Source: Vicugna vicugna (lineage: Eukaryota). Taken from it: a DNA stretch of 64,000 bases. The stretch's first letter is position 1; every line of letters begins with the position of its first letter. The stretch spans positions 1,799,498 to 1,863,497 of the forward strand of contig MU058037.1 of NCBI GenBank assembly GCA_013265495.1. Reading direction: 5' to 3'. Under the pieces are notes generated by a model, which saw only the letters and a list, made by a program, of their open reading frames with translations, did not search any database and had not been told where the DNA came from. This document shows, in pieces, positions 24,546 through 37,359 of this stretch. The translations under genes and the position numbers were made by a program.

Positions 24546-26121
24546 AATAGCTGTCTTGCAAGTTGACTTCATGACTGTCTCATCCACTAGACATGTGTTT
24601 TTGGAGAGTTGGAACTATTTATTTCAGTATCCTTTGAGTCTGGGAAAATATCAAGTGCATAATGAGTAGCTGGCAAAATGCTAATAGAAAGGATAAATAA
24701 GCAAGTGATCAACATTGATGAGTTGAAGACCAAAAGGAGGCAAAAACAAATGTGTTGTTGCATAGTGACAGTTTATTGCTAATATAAGATTAATTGTTAT
24801 TGGACAAAAGGAATGCTAAAATATGTGGTTAAACTGTGAGGCTATTTAAAGTAAATAAGTTTTTTAATTAGATTGAGTTAAATATGGTTCTTCTTTGTAA
24901 AAACTTAATTGGAATTAAGGAAGACCATATCTTATTTCTCCAAAGAATATGTTATCTTCCTTAAATAATATCTGAAAAGTAGAGGGAAAGAAGGAAAAAG
25001 TATTATTTAGCCTTGATTTAATGAAAAACCTTTGAATGGAGAATTTTTTTCAGCCTTAGTATTATGCCTTTTGGTTTGTTTATTTTTTAAATATGCAATA
25101 ATTAGCTAATCTTGGCCATGTTCTTGTGAATAGTAAGATCTATTACCTACATTGCACAGTCGAGCAAGGTATTTAGACACAAATAAGAACTCTTAGTAAA
25201 AATACAGAGACTACTCAGAAAGGAAGGCCTTGATGCTTTGCCATGATATGAGAAAAGATGGAAGGTGGTATCAATTTTCTTAGAAAATGGTCACTGGACA
25301 CTTAACTTCCACTATATTTTTATTATGACAGGACTTAATTTCCTACTGACATTTTTTTTCAAGAACAGTTCTGGATCATCTCAAGAGCAGAGGATTATAA
25401 TTTGGTGGGTGGCTGAAGAGGCCTTTTTACTGCAATGAAAGAAAAAGGGTAACAGGGAGTCAGAACATATTAATAAAAGGTTTAGGAATAACCAAGAGAC
25501 AGAAAAGCTGGAGAGCAAATCTTTTTTCATCATATCTCTTTTCCATGCACTCTATGACCTCCATATTTATTGTGTTCTCTGAAATGTAGTGCTATATGTG
25601 TAATTAAGAATGGGTTCTACATGTGCTCTCTACTTGCAAACATGTAGTTGCTACCATGGCAACAGCAGGAGAACCAACATAAGAGGCACTCTCTGATTAA
25701 TGTAATTACACAGCAAGCTGTATAATACCCTTAAACACCATTTATTTCTGCATGAAGAAGATATTAAAATGGGTATTATGTTCAGAAAGTTAACATCCTC
25801 AAATTCTTTAGGATCACATGGTTTTCATGTCATGATTAAGATAACATTTATCTTGTTCATTCAAGATCATAGCCTAGGAATAGCTGTTGTATTTTAGTTC
25901 AATTCAATTCCTCAGAATAATTGTTGAATGCCAACTATGGGGCAGAAGCTATTTGGACCTGCAAATATTACAACAATGTGTATGATATGACCACTACTCT
26001 TAAAGACCTCACAGTCTAACAGGCCTAGATTATTACCAAGCAAAATAGGGTTTTTTAAAGCATGGGATGTTGCAGTAGACTGGAAAAACACTATTAATCC
26101 TTGTGAGTTGTCAGGGCATAT

Positions 26122-26735
26122 TGTATCAGTCAGGGTCTCTGCTAGAAACAGATGGCACACTTAAACTGGGTAATCTGAGAAGAGTTTAATAAAGGCACTA
26201 TTTACAAGATATGGGCGGGGAACAGGGAAACTACAGAGTTAGTGGAATACCTCAGAAGATGGTCACAGCAAGGTACCATCAGCACTGAAGGGACAAAGGA
26301 AGAAGGTACAAGGGAACCTGGAAAGAAGGATGGCTTGCATGATAGAAAAACATTTTTTAAAGTTCTTTTTTCTTTTTTTTAAATTGAAGTACAGTCAATT
26401 ATAATGTGTCTATCGCTGTACAGCACAATATCCCAGTCATGTGTATACATACATGTATTTGTTTTCATATAGAAATTTTCATTTTCAGTTGAGGTGGTGG
26501 CCAGTCATAGTCAGAGAGTTAGAGGAATAGATATCTGGACCTTTCTTTTTTGTTGTCCTCTGATCTGCTGGTGCTTCTCCCATAGTCTGAACCTAACAGG
26601 AAGCCAGAAGTTAAGGAAACCCTTTGATATAATTTATACAATTCAGTCTCCCAGAATACAAAGTAGGTAGAGAAGAGTGGAGAATAGATCTAGGGAGGAA
26701 TCCGGAGCAGGGAAATTGAGGATATCCAGGATACA
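26122..26735 (-). mobile_element. ERVL solo LTR (LTR33-like) with nested short L1 3' fragment (~26360-26470)
   Basis: TGTATCAGTCAGGGTC...AAACAGATGGCACACTTAAACTGGGTAA start; AACCTAACAGGAAGCCAGAAG; nested AAATTGAAGTACAGTC L1 end. Confidence 0.7.
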
Positions 26736-27119
26736 TGTACATATATAGGCATGCTCGCTAAGGGCACACACATGCATATTTCCATACTCACATACCTCAG
26801 ATATATATATATCTCCAAACTTTTGTATCTGCATACAGTGTCTATCTCTCTCTCTTCTTTTTGCTTAGAATGTCTCCAGATATTTTTATATTTGTAGAAG
26901 ATCAATGAGATCTGAGATCATTTCTGTCTCTAGCACCATTAAAATTTCAATAAATATGACCCCATGCATCATTTTTCTCTCCAAGTGGCATATGGACTGA
27001 ATTACTTATAGGTTGGGTGGTCATCACCGAACATTTCTAAGCCACGCATCCATGACAGTATGCTACTATGGGAATAATCTGAAATGGGAGGAGACAGTCA
27101 TTCAACAAGCAATTTTTAA

Positions 27120-27533
27120 CATGTACTGATTTCCTGAGTTTGTTTCATTGACTTGGCTAAAGAGAAACATCAGCATGAGATCATAGGACATGAAGAAAGA
27201 AAGAAGTTGGGATATCTCTTCCCTGTTCCACCCTGCTTTTCACCTTGGTTCTGGCTGTGGTTGAGTCCCTCCATGACTACAGCTTCTGCTGGATGTTTCC
27301 TCCTCCACCATTCCAGCTCTCACTGGTTTCTGGTATTATCTATTTCCTCCCCTTTCCCCTTCAATCCTAGGGTTGGTAATGGCTTCCAGCTATGACTCAT
27401 CTCTGAATGCTTCAACCTTATTTGATGTTTCCCTTAACCTCACTCACACATCTGAAAGTAGTCCTTTATTAAAATCTCCTCACTGAATCATCTGAGTAGA
27501 ATTCTAATTCCTGCCAGAACCCTAACTGGCACA
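27120..27533 (+). mobile_element. ERVL solo LTR (LTR33/LTR41-like)
   Basis: 3' end CTTTATTAAAATCTCCTC...TTCCTGCCAGAACCCTAACTGGCACA. Confidence 0.6.
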
Positions 27534-28479
27534 TTTCTCCATTAGAAATTGCTAAAAACTACCATGCAGTTGAAAAGTAGATATGAATGACTGTATTCCT
27601 TTTATAGGGATGGGAACAGTATGACAAGAAACAAGGCTTCTTTCCTGTCCATAGTCCTGGATTTTAGTGCCAATAAAAAGAGTTTCCCCTCTGTACATTT
27701 GAAATATAACCCAAACACAGTTGATTGTCTGGTTCCTGGTATATCAAGGATGCCATGAGCTATTCATGCATACTCTTATAAAGACATATGATATGAGCAA
27801 TATGTGACCAATTAATTTTGCTCACTATGTACTACTTAGTAACAGAATAAAATAATAAAAAAAGAAAATGTTTGTGATACTTAGTTCCAGGTAATATACT
27901 GATACTTCATAGAAGCCAAGGATAAAGCTACTCTTTGAGAGGGTAATTCCTCTCAAAGGCAAATTGATTCTTCTTGACCATCAAGCATAGCTTGCATGCA
28001 ATCTTTCCTTTTGTTTAAACCTGTTTTTAAACTCCATGGTGATATGTACATTAAGCTTTCATTATTGTTTCCCTAGAAAAGAAATGCTCTAAAACTTGTT
28101 GGTCTACATGAAATTCCCAGTGTTAGTAAATAAGATTGGCCTCAGTGAAATAGATTTTCTGTCATAAGGTTCATATCAATGTCAAACTAACCTGATGTGG
28201 ATTGTTATCTATCAATACAGTGACACCAGTATCTCCTCATACTCTCCCCTCATTAGAAGAGAAGAAATTAAGCCTCCAAATGGTGGTTATACAGCTAGTT
28301 GGTTAGTTGGTGAGCAAGGGCAATGACTCAGGACTCTTAATTGCTAGCTCAGCATCCTCTCCCATACCTAGCACCTGCACAGAGCCCAGACAGTTAGAAT
28401 CCTGAAAAATCAATCATTTTACTCTTCAGTCTCATCCCGTTGCTTGGCTAACCTCTTTTAGAATACTTCTTGAAATATG

Positions 28480-28830
28480 CAATTCCCTTTTCCCTGTGAA
28501 GCTATTATATTTCTGCATGGCTGTCCCTTACATTGATTTGAATCTGTCTTCCTGAAGCTTTCACCCACTGGCCCAAGTTCTGTCCCTTAGGGTCATAAAG
28601 AACAAGTCAAATCTAGCTTCCATGTAATGCCTCTTCAGATATTTGAGTTCAGTTATCAGATGTGTTTCTCTTGCCCACATGTTTTTCTCCAGGGCTTAAT
28701 AGACAAATTCTTTAAGATGTTTCCCATGTAGTATGGTTTTAGGTATCTTGACTTCCAGTCTGTTTATCTCTATCCCCGAGCTCAAAGTACGTCTCCAAGT
28801 GCTTATTAATGGTTGTGTTATCTGTGGCTG
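28480..28830 (-). mobile_element. L3/CR1 LINE fragment
   Basis: CACCCACTGGCCCAAGTTCTGTCC...AGAACAAGTC...CTTCCATGTAATGCCTCTTCAGATATTTGA resembles antisense CR1/L3 ORF2. Confidence 0.6.
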
Positions 28831-29304
28831 TGAGTAGACTGCTATTTCTGTCCTTTGCTGGAAGAGGCGCTGTTTTGACAATGAATGGTAGGTGTTTCAC
28901 AAGGCTAGAAGAAAAGGCAGTGGCACTGAATAGAGAAGATAAATGCAGAAATAATTAAGGATGCTAGGAACAAATTGCTAGTATGACCTTGTATATCCTA
29001 TTTCTGGTGCTGAGACTGAAAATATGTATCTATATATCTCTATCTATATTCAGAATAGAAGGTAGGGATGTCAACAGGATAGTTTATGGCTTTTCTACCT
29101 GTCACCAGACTCTCTCATGAATTATAACTCCCATTAGAATGACTGTAAATATGAAACGAACAAAAACCCTCTACTGAGCTAACACAGCCAATGATGAGAC
29201 CATAATTTCTGAAGCTTCCTAAGCACAGTTCCATAAAGAGTTAACAAGAAGAGAAGAGGAGCGCAGCTAGTAAGGGGCAGCAAGTATTCAGTCCAAATAA
29301 AGCT

Positions 29305-30195
29305 ATTTATTTTTTTTAGATGATAGATCATTGTATTATACTTACTGACATTTTTACCCTTGCTTTTCTTAGAGTTTTACCTTATAGTTATGTTTGCTTG
29401 TTTTTGAACTTAAATAAATGGAATCATACTACATGTCTTTTGCAACTTCCTTCATTCTCTGATTTTTATGTCTTAGAGATTCATTCATGTTGTGATGTGT
29501 AACTTTAGCTGATTCATTTTTGCTGCTCTATAGTATTCCATTGTATACATACATCATACTTTATCCATTTTACTATTGAAAAAAATTTTAGTTGTTTTAA
29601 CTTTTTGATGATATGAGAGCACATTTACTACTATAAACTTGTACACATCTCCTGACACACATGTGTGAGAGTTTCTCTAGATTAGTCCCTTTATTTATTT
29701 TTATTGTTTTAAATTTTTTATGTTGAAAACTTTCAAACCCATGAGAAAGTTGCAAGAATAAATTAATCTTTATTCATAATTGTTACTTTTTGCTGAATTA
29801 TCTGCAAGGAAATTATAGATGTGATATCTCTTCACCTGAAAATACTTTAGCATGTGTCTCCCAGGAATAAGACATTCTTTTACATAACCACGATACAGTT
29901 AACCAATTTGGGACATTTATCATTGATACAATAGCATTATTTTATAGACCACAGTCATTCAAATTTCTTGAATTATTTTAATGTCCTTTAAATGATTTTT
30001 ATTTTCCTGACCCAGGGTCACTTATTACATTTATTTGTCAAGTCTTTTTAGTCTTTTACATTAAGAACAATTTTTCAAACTGACTTTTAGATTCATAATT
30101 TTGATTTTTTTGAAGAGTAGAGATCAGTTGTTTTGTAGACTATTTGAATTTGCCAACTATTTCATCATGATTAGATTCAGTTTATCTCCTTTTTT
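29305..30195 (-). mobile_element. Ancient L1 (L1ME/L1MC-like) 3' fragments
   Basis: TAAATGGAATCATACT...GATTCATTCATGTTG...TAGTATTCCATTGTAT; second fragment AAATACTTTAGCATGTGTCTCC...CATTCTTTTACATAACCAC. Confidence 0.7.
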
Positions 30196-30664
30196 TTTAA
30201 ATTCTCTCCGTCAAAATTTTTAATTTTATATGTGAAATATTTCTAACAAAGAGTCCTCTCAACACCTTCTGGAGTTATATAAAAATCCAAATCTGCTGTA
30301 GATGTCTAAACAAGAGTGAATAGTTTAGGTTACTCGAACTATTCTCATTGACGTGCTAGTTTTAGAAAATAACGAGAAGCAAAACGATTTTTTTAGATTT
30401 AGATTTTAGATTTCTACATGTGCTAAGTGATTTAATTTTCTGAAGACCCCTAATTAAGAATTTATTCCTACAATATATAATACAAAATCATTCTAACATA
30501 GTGGCCACCTCCTAGCAAAGGACCAGAAATGGAAGCACACACAATAATTTTCTAGTGCAACTGCCTTCTTGACCTTTTATCGAGCCCAAGAACATTTCTT
30601 CTCCAGCCCTAATCATTATCCTGAGAGCTGGAATTTACTCACATTTCCTAATTTGAACTGGAGT

Positions 30665-31100
30665 CCTATTACTGTGTGGCAAGCAGTATGTTAGGCATTA
30701 TGGGAAAAATGGCGAAAATGCAGCATTTTTTCCCTTCAGGGGTTCATAGTTCAACTGGGGAGTCATATACCTATATAAATGATAGTATAATGAGATAAGC
30801 ACCTTAACTGCATTATGAATGAAGTGTGGTCGAAGCTCAGAATAGGGAGCAACTAACTATTTTGGAGTTGCATTAGGGTTGACTTTTGAGCTAAATCTTT
30901 AAAGATCAGTAAGGGATTCCTACACAGAAAAGAAGAGACAGAGACTATGTGCTAGGCAGAATTCTAGATACTTTGGAGGAAGTCTTAATCTAATAAAAGA
31001 AACAGACATAGATGTAAACTATAGTATGAGGCAGCTTGCCTGCCAGTCCTACTGTTCTAGAAGCACAAAGTGCAATGAAAAGAGTGAGATGTTGAGATTA
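30665..31100 (-). mobile_element. L2 LINE 3' fragments
   Basis: TACTGTGTGGCAAGCAGTATGTTAGGC...CCCTTCAGGGGTTCATAGTTCAACTGGGGAG reverse L2 tail. Confidence 0.55.
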
Positions 31101-32242
31101 GTCTGACCTGGAGGAGTGCTTCTTAGCTTTCATGTCTACAAACAAAATTCCTGTACAAACATCTCTTTTTTGTGGTCCAGAATATAATGTAGGTCAGTAA
31201 ATTCCCTCAAAGAAAGTTGACCAGACAGCAAAACTGCTTGGATTACATTATATTAAAAAAATCCATCAGTTCTACCTTTTGATGTGTGGAGAACACTCAA
31301 TGAATGTCTCCCTCCATTAACTTGGCATAGATGTCATCAATCCTAAGAATTAGATGAAAGGTCCAGCTAGGCAGTTTTATTTATAGTCCACTAAAATAAC
31401 AACATATCATTATGTTCTTGTCAGGTTTAATAGAGGCAACTATAGGGTTTGCTTGTTTTGAAAATCATTCAAGCCCAATAATTACCCTCTGTTTATTAAA
31501 TAAATCAGATTGCTCACTTCATGGTCAGCTTTCTCAATTTTCCTCATATAAATGCCTAATCATAAGCTGTGAGTACTTTTTAAGCTCTAAAAATCTATTT
31601 TGACATGATTTTAAGTTTCTGTCCTAAAAGGAACCCTCTTCCTAGTTAATAATGCATTATTTCTATTAGAGTTTGGTAGTCTTGTCAAATGGACTTACAC
31701 ATTATCCATTCATCCACTTATCAACCCATCTATTCACATCATCATTAATCTTTGGCAATTGCACATGTGTGTGGAGAGCTATCCTCAGGTTGTAGTCAAT
31801 CTAGAACAACCTGATCCTTTTTGCAGGGGAATCTCACATTTCTTAGGATAACTCAAGGAGGTGGCCTTCCTGGTCAGTGCTAAAAACCACCCTTGTGCTC
31901 ATAAACAAACCATCCTCAATCAGCCAGCCTTTTTTATCATCAAAGCAAAGTGGGAAAAACCAGCTTCTCCTCTTTCACACACATTCCTGAAACCACATGT
32001 CACCATTTTTGACATTGTGTCCCCTTAATGATTTCCCTTAATGTTCACTGTGAACTGATTTGATCTGAATAAAAATGCATGAAGTAGAGGCACAAGGCAG
32101 GGTTTGTCTTTACACTGCCAAGTTTCTGAGTGAACTGTACACCTACCTTCATCTATTCTTGCATAAGAATTTACAGAGCACTTAGGCCTGGGGATGCTGA
32201 AAGGAGCAAGCTGGTCTCTGCTTTTATGGACTGCAAATTCTA

Positions 32243-32280
32243 TATAAGTACCGCGCGCTAACCGATTGCGCCACTGGAGC
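32243..32280 (-). pseudogene. Tailless retropseudogene of the tRNA-Ile(TAT) 5' exon (5' half)
   Basis: Reverse complement GCTCCAGTGGCGCAATCGGTTAGCGCGCGGTACTTATA matches the recalled mammalian tRNA-Ile-TAT 5' exon through anticodon+1; no 3' half or B box; perfect 16-bp TSD TGGACTGCAAATTCTA at 32227-32242 and 32284-32299; no poly(A). Confidence 0.93.
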
Positions 32281-32604
32281 TTCTGGACTGCAAATTCTAA
32301 TAGGGGAAACCCAACTTTAATAGACTTATTCTCAGAGGATATTATGAGAGCAGAGAGAAAAAGACCTTGTGACTGGGAGACTAAGTTTTGCAGAAAGAGT
32401 AATTGGCCTGGGAGAAAAGCAGAATATACAAAACTTAATATCCCCCTATGAAATTCATGGTGGTGCAAGAGGGCATGGGAGGTAAACCTAGTAGATATGC
32501 ATGGCAAGATTATATTCTGAAACATTATCCTATGTTTCTTTCCCTACTATTTCCTGCTGCTCATACTGATGCCTCATTCAAATAATCATTAGGGTATTCC
32601 TGAC

Positions 32605-32985
32605 AGATGCTGTCAGAACAGAATTTGCAGAAGTGACTGGGATTTTTTGCCACAGTCCCCACTCTCTCTCTCTCTCCCCACCTCTCCCAGTGGGCAGCTC
32701 TTAATCAGTGACTGATGGAGTTAGAGGATAAATATTCCAACTCCTTTGCCCCTTGAGGGGGAAAACTCCGAGCAGTGACCTCCATTGTCTCCAGGGGTAA
32801 ACCCTGGGTTAGAGCCAAAGTTACCCTCTTACAGGACTTAGCTTAATATTAAATTCTTGCTTGGCATCCTTCCTTTCCATATTCCAGTTCTTACTCTACT
32901 GCTTTTTTAGGGGAACATGTTTTAATAAATTACTTTCACACAAATTCTCATCTCAAGGCCTGCTTCTGGAGACCCAACATGAGAG
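32605..32985 (+). mobile_element. ERVL solo LTR (LTR16-like)
   Basis: GGATAAATATTCCAACTCC; 3' AATAAATTACTTTCACACAAATTCTCATCTCAAGGCCTGCTTCTGGAGACCCAAC. Confidence 0.7.
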
Positions 32986-33779
32986 AATATTTTACATTTT
33001 CTACTCTCAGGGTACAGTTACTTCAAAAGAAATACAAAGGGGAAAGAAAGGAGTCAATGCTCAGCTTTTTAGGCTCAAAACAGCCTTTTGAGACTCCCAG
33101 AAGAGACAATAATGTTGAGAGTAAAAATTTTTGAGTTGAATAGTGTCAAGATCCAGAACCTCAAAGGATTCAGGACACACAATTTATGACATAAATAAAA
33201 GACAAGAAAAAGTAGACAGGTCAGGTCAGTTTTTCCCACCTGCTTAAATTAGATAGTATTCTTGCAGATTGGTGTGAAAGAGTGGAGGATCAGGAGGTGC
33301 AAATACTGAAGTACATTTTGGTGTGTGTCCCTGAGAATGGATCCTCATGTCTCATTCCTGAGAACTGGTCCTCAAATCCCCATCCTAGCCCTCTCCCTGA
33401 AAGGAATAAATAAGAAGCTGAGTTGGAGGAGGGTAAAGGATGTATGGGGCTGTTTGGTCATGGGAAGGACGGCAGATTGCCCTGCAGATACTTGACAATT
33501 GGAGACTAGAAGGAAATGAGGATGCCTCAGACTCTACCAGCAGAGCTAGAGGATGAAGACTAGATAAGTGGAGCCTTAACTGTTTCAGTAGACCCCAGCC
33601 TGGATCGATTATGACACCTAAATATCACCCACACTGTGGTACATCATGGCTTTTCTACTGGAGTGTGGTAGAAAATTTTGGTGTCCCATACCACACTCTT
33701 TTGGCTACCCTCAGATATTAACTGCAGCTCTGGTAGATAGTTCTTGTGCATACTCTCAGCAAACTACTCTAAGTGTGCA

Positions 33780-34176
33780 TGTAAAATTTACTTTTTACTG
33801 TTTTAGGATTTTTTTTGAAGATGTGGGGGTTTTCTCAACCTGCATGCAGGATAGATGAGAAGTACAGGCCAATTAATACCTCCAGGGGAAGTACTCAACC
33901 AATGAGGAGTGGGATTTGGAGGATAAATGCTCCAATTCCAGCACCCTATTTTTCAGAGAGAATTATGGGTTGCATTCTAACCAGCTGTTAAGGGGTTGCA
34001 GTGGAATAGAGCCCCAGTTGCCAACATCTCGATAACAGTTTACTGTGTTTTTCTTCTCCCATGTCTCACCCTTCTTGCTCTCTCATTGTTGTTTCCCAAG
34101 ATCGCATCTCACGTAAACTACCAGAATCCAATTCCTCATCTCAGATGCTGCTTTTAGGGTCACCCAAACTAAAACA
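33780..34176 (+). mobile_element. ERVL solo LTR (LTR16-like)
   Basis: CTCAACCAATGAGGAGTGGGATTTGGAGGATAAATGCTCC; 3' CTCATCTCAGATGCTGCTTTTAGGGTCACCCAAACTAAAACA. Confidence 0.7.
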
Positions 34177-34449
34177 TGTGGAGAAGCAGTAAGGGAGGAA
34201 CTCTTATTTGACTGAGAAAACCCTGAATTGAGCAACTTACCTTAAATTATGCAAGCCTAACTTTTTGCCATCAGAAGGATAAAGTTTCAAAATAGAAATT
34301 TAGTTCAGTTGTAGTGAAATAAAAGTTATATTTTTGCCTACCTCAATTCATAGTCTGTAAATATCTTATCCATATACATGCTAGTTGTCACTGACAAGCC
34401 CATTACCTCTTTTTGAGGAAAATCACCTGAGTCAAACCTCCATGCTGAG

Positions 34450-34915
34450 TGAAGGCATCTTGGTGAATAACAGCCACTTAATGGGCTGGAAATGGACACA
34501 TGGCTCAAGAGCTGCCAACCCTGGTTGGCTGTCTAGTAATAGATGAGATTTGTGGCCAAAAACTGTACCTAGAAAAGTGACGACAATTAAGTGGGTCAAT
34601 CATAGGCTCTAGCTTTCGCTTCTGAGCAGAAATAATGGAGACCATCAGATAATCAGTAGAGAGAGAAGATATATACAAAGATAAAGAAGGCAGAGAATTA
34701 AAGAGTAGTGGTAGAACACTATTGCAAAGTTCCATAGAATCTTGCTGCTTAAGAATTGACCAATGGCTTGATGCCATAGGTCCTGAATGGCAGCTATTCC
34801 TAATTTTGTATGAGATTCTTTTCTCCTATATTAACTTGTAAAGTTTTACAATATGTCCTAACTACCTTAGATGGATAGAATGTCTCTGTTTCCTGTAAAC
34901 TAAAGAATCTAACAT
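34450..34915 (+). mobile_element. Old MaLR LTR fragment (MLT1K/L-like)
   Basis: 3' end TGTCTCTGTTTCCTGTAAACTAAAGAATCTAACA. Confidence 0.4.
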
Positions 34916-34919
34916 ACCT

Positions 34920-35490
34920 GTGTCCAAGGAATTGCAAGTAGTTCAGAAAGGGACTAAAGTAAAGAGGCAATAGGTAAGACTGGAGGCCTAGGCAGAGTTA
35001 AAATACTATCTTGAAGATAATAGGGAGATAATGAAGAATTTTAAGCAAAGGAATGCTTCCCTCCCAATTCTCAAATGCTGAGTTAAATATTTGAAAGTTG
35101 CAAGACTGGAGGTTTTTTTCTGTAATCAGAGCAACAATGAAGGACTGAAGCTGAAGTTACAGCATATTTGACTGGGAAAATCATGAGATCAGTTTTAGAC
35201 TCCATGAATTTGAAGTCCTGGTACTTTCAGTTGAGATGTCTAGAGGCTGTTGGATTTATGGGTCTGAAGTAGAGGAGAGATATCTGGGCTGGTAACATAG
35301 ACATTAGCCATAGTCACTAGTATTGGTGGAAGCCATGGCTGAAGGTAGGACCTCCCCAAAAGATTATCCAGAGTGAAAAGAGGACAGTATGTGGATTTGT
35401 GGGAGCAGCAAAATCTAAAGGGGAGGGAAGAGGAGGAAGTACTCGGAGATTAAAGAATTGCCAGATAAGTAGAAGGGAAACCAAGAGGTG
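34920..35490 (-). mobile_element. L2 LINE fragment
   Basis: TTGAGATGTCTAGAGGCTGTTGGATTTATGGGTCTGAAGTAGAGGAGAGATATCTGGGCTGG typical antisense L2. Confidence 0.65.
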
Positions 35491-37359
35491 CTCTCTCTCT
35501 GAGTTATATTAAATGCATACATCTGTCGGCTGAATGAATGTCCCCCCACAAATCCTTGAAAAGTATCCTTTGGAATTTGTAATTATTTGCATTTATTTGG
35601 TTAAAATATATATACATTTGCCTTTGTAATACTTGGTAGACATATTAAATGAATCCAGTGCAAGATAAGAGTAAAACACAAGGGTTGTTTTTCTACTCAC
35701 ACATTGGGGTAGATGTGCCACATTGACTCACAGCCCAAATAGTTGATTCATCATTACAGTCCATGTGCCCATCCTACTGTCTGTTGCTGCAATTAAACGT
35801 ATATTCACAGCATCCACTCATTCTTCCAGTATTATTTTTAAGTGAAAACTAATTGAAAGCTTTCATATATTGATAAATTATAAATTACTGCTTCTATCTT
35901 TTCCATTCTTACATTTGTTCTCTCTTCTCTATTCACATTGGCATATGACATTGTTGCTCTCACCGAATGAGTCATTTGAAGTGGGAATATTAATTTAACA
36001 GGTTAAGCCATCTCAAAAAGAACTGTATTCCCCTCTTTATATTTATGACAAATGTAACAACTGCAGAATGAAGTGTAAATTCACAACTCTTAGTAGTTTA
36101 GACTGATAAAACATTTCCACCATCATAATTTTACAAGTAGAATTTATTTTTGCTGACACTTTACTTTGTGTTTCTCTTGTAAGCATCATTGTGTTTCAGT
36201 GAGATCTATCCAACTGGTATAACTGTCAATTGAAATGTACCCCTAAAAAGATATGAAATGGAAGTTACTCTACTTTTCAAGTTTGGTTAAATGGTTGGAT
36301 GCTCAGCAATATAATGAAAATTAGGTAAATTAAAGATTGTACAACTCTCATCATGGATAGTGTACATAATTGAGGATCTTCTCTTTTACTTTTGACCTTG
36401 GCTTTACTTTTTCTCTTGACCTTGGCTTTAAAATGTATAACCTTTTATTTTTGAGTTAAAACTATAGTATATGTTCACTGTAGAAAACTTGGAAAATACA
36501 GAATAGCAAAAGAAGCAAATTAAATCACCTATCATATCACTATCCTCTTACGATTTTCTTCAATACATATATATAATTGAAACAAAAGGCATTACACTGT
36601 ATATACATATAATTTTTATGTTTAAAAATTAATGTATTAGGCACATTTCCCCTTATAATACATATTCTTAGATACCATTTAGTGGCTTTGTGATTTGCCG
36701 AGATATTGATTTACCGTCTTTTATTTTCTCAGGCTCTGCTGTGCAAATGAGTATTTTAAATGACAATACAAAGTTGTTACTTAATTGTTCTAGTTGGCAT
36801 TACAAATGACTGGCAGCACTATAGAGGATTAAATGGGGGTAATACGTGTAGAACACTTTGAAAAGGCATGATAACAACTCTGAAAATCTTCTTATAAGTG
36901 AATCAGAAAAGTAAACATATCAAAGTTAAGAAAGGCAAAGTGGAATGAAGCTCTGAATTAAGTGAAGTTTTAGAAAGGAATAATTCTCTACAACATCCTG
37001 TAAGTGGGATGAACATACACTGAATTTTTTGAGACGATTCTGGCTTTATATATTTTTATCTTGTTGACTCTCCATTAACCATCAAATGTCCAGAATTCTC
37101 AATATTTAAGCACTCAAACTATCTCTCAGACTGCTTTTTGCATCTGGAAACAGCACAAACACCAGAGAATCTTAACATTTGGATTAGAAAATATAATTTC
37201 CATATAGGTATTAAATAGCCCAAAATTGACTGTGCTCCTATCTTTCTTAGCAGATTTTAAGTCCTGTTTAATATCAAAAAGTAATTAATTAACTGTATGT
37301 ATTTTAAATTTTCTACAATGAATATGTTATTATTTGTGCAATTTTACAAAGTTATATAT

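Noticed and set aside
27933..27958. Short hairpin CTTTGAGAGG...CCTCTCAAAG (similar one near 46484-46512)
   Set aside because: Ten-bp stems with loops are expected occasionally in 64 kb of AT-rich DNA, and they are too short for a pre-miRNA
32243..32280. Functional intron-containing tRNA-Ile gene
   Set aside because: No intron body, 3' exon or B box follows; the sequence returns directly to the TSD
32025..32525. Longest ORF in the track (166 aa, minus strand)
   Set aside because: No recognisable domain; it runs through the tRNA insertion and both TSD copies (repeated EFAV), so it is most likely chance
33330..33390. Degenerate ~28-bp tandem (CCTGAGAA...TCCTCA) as a CRISPR-like or functional array
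   Set aside because: Only two diverged units in a mammalian context; an ordinary local duplication
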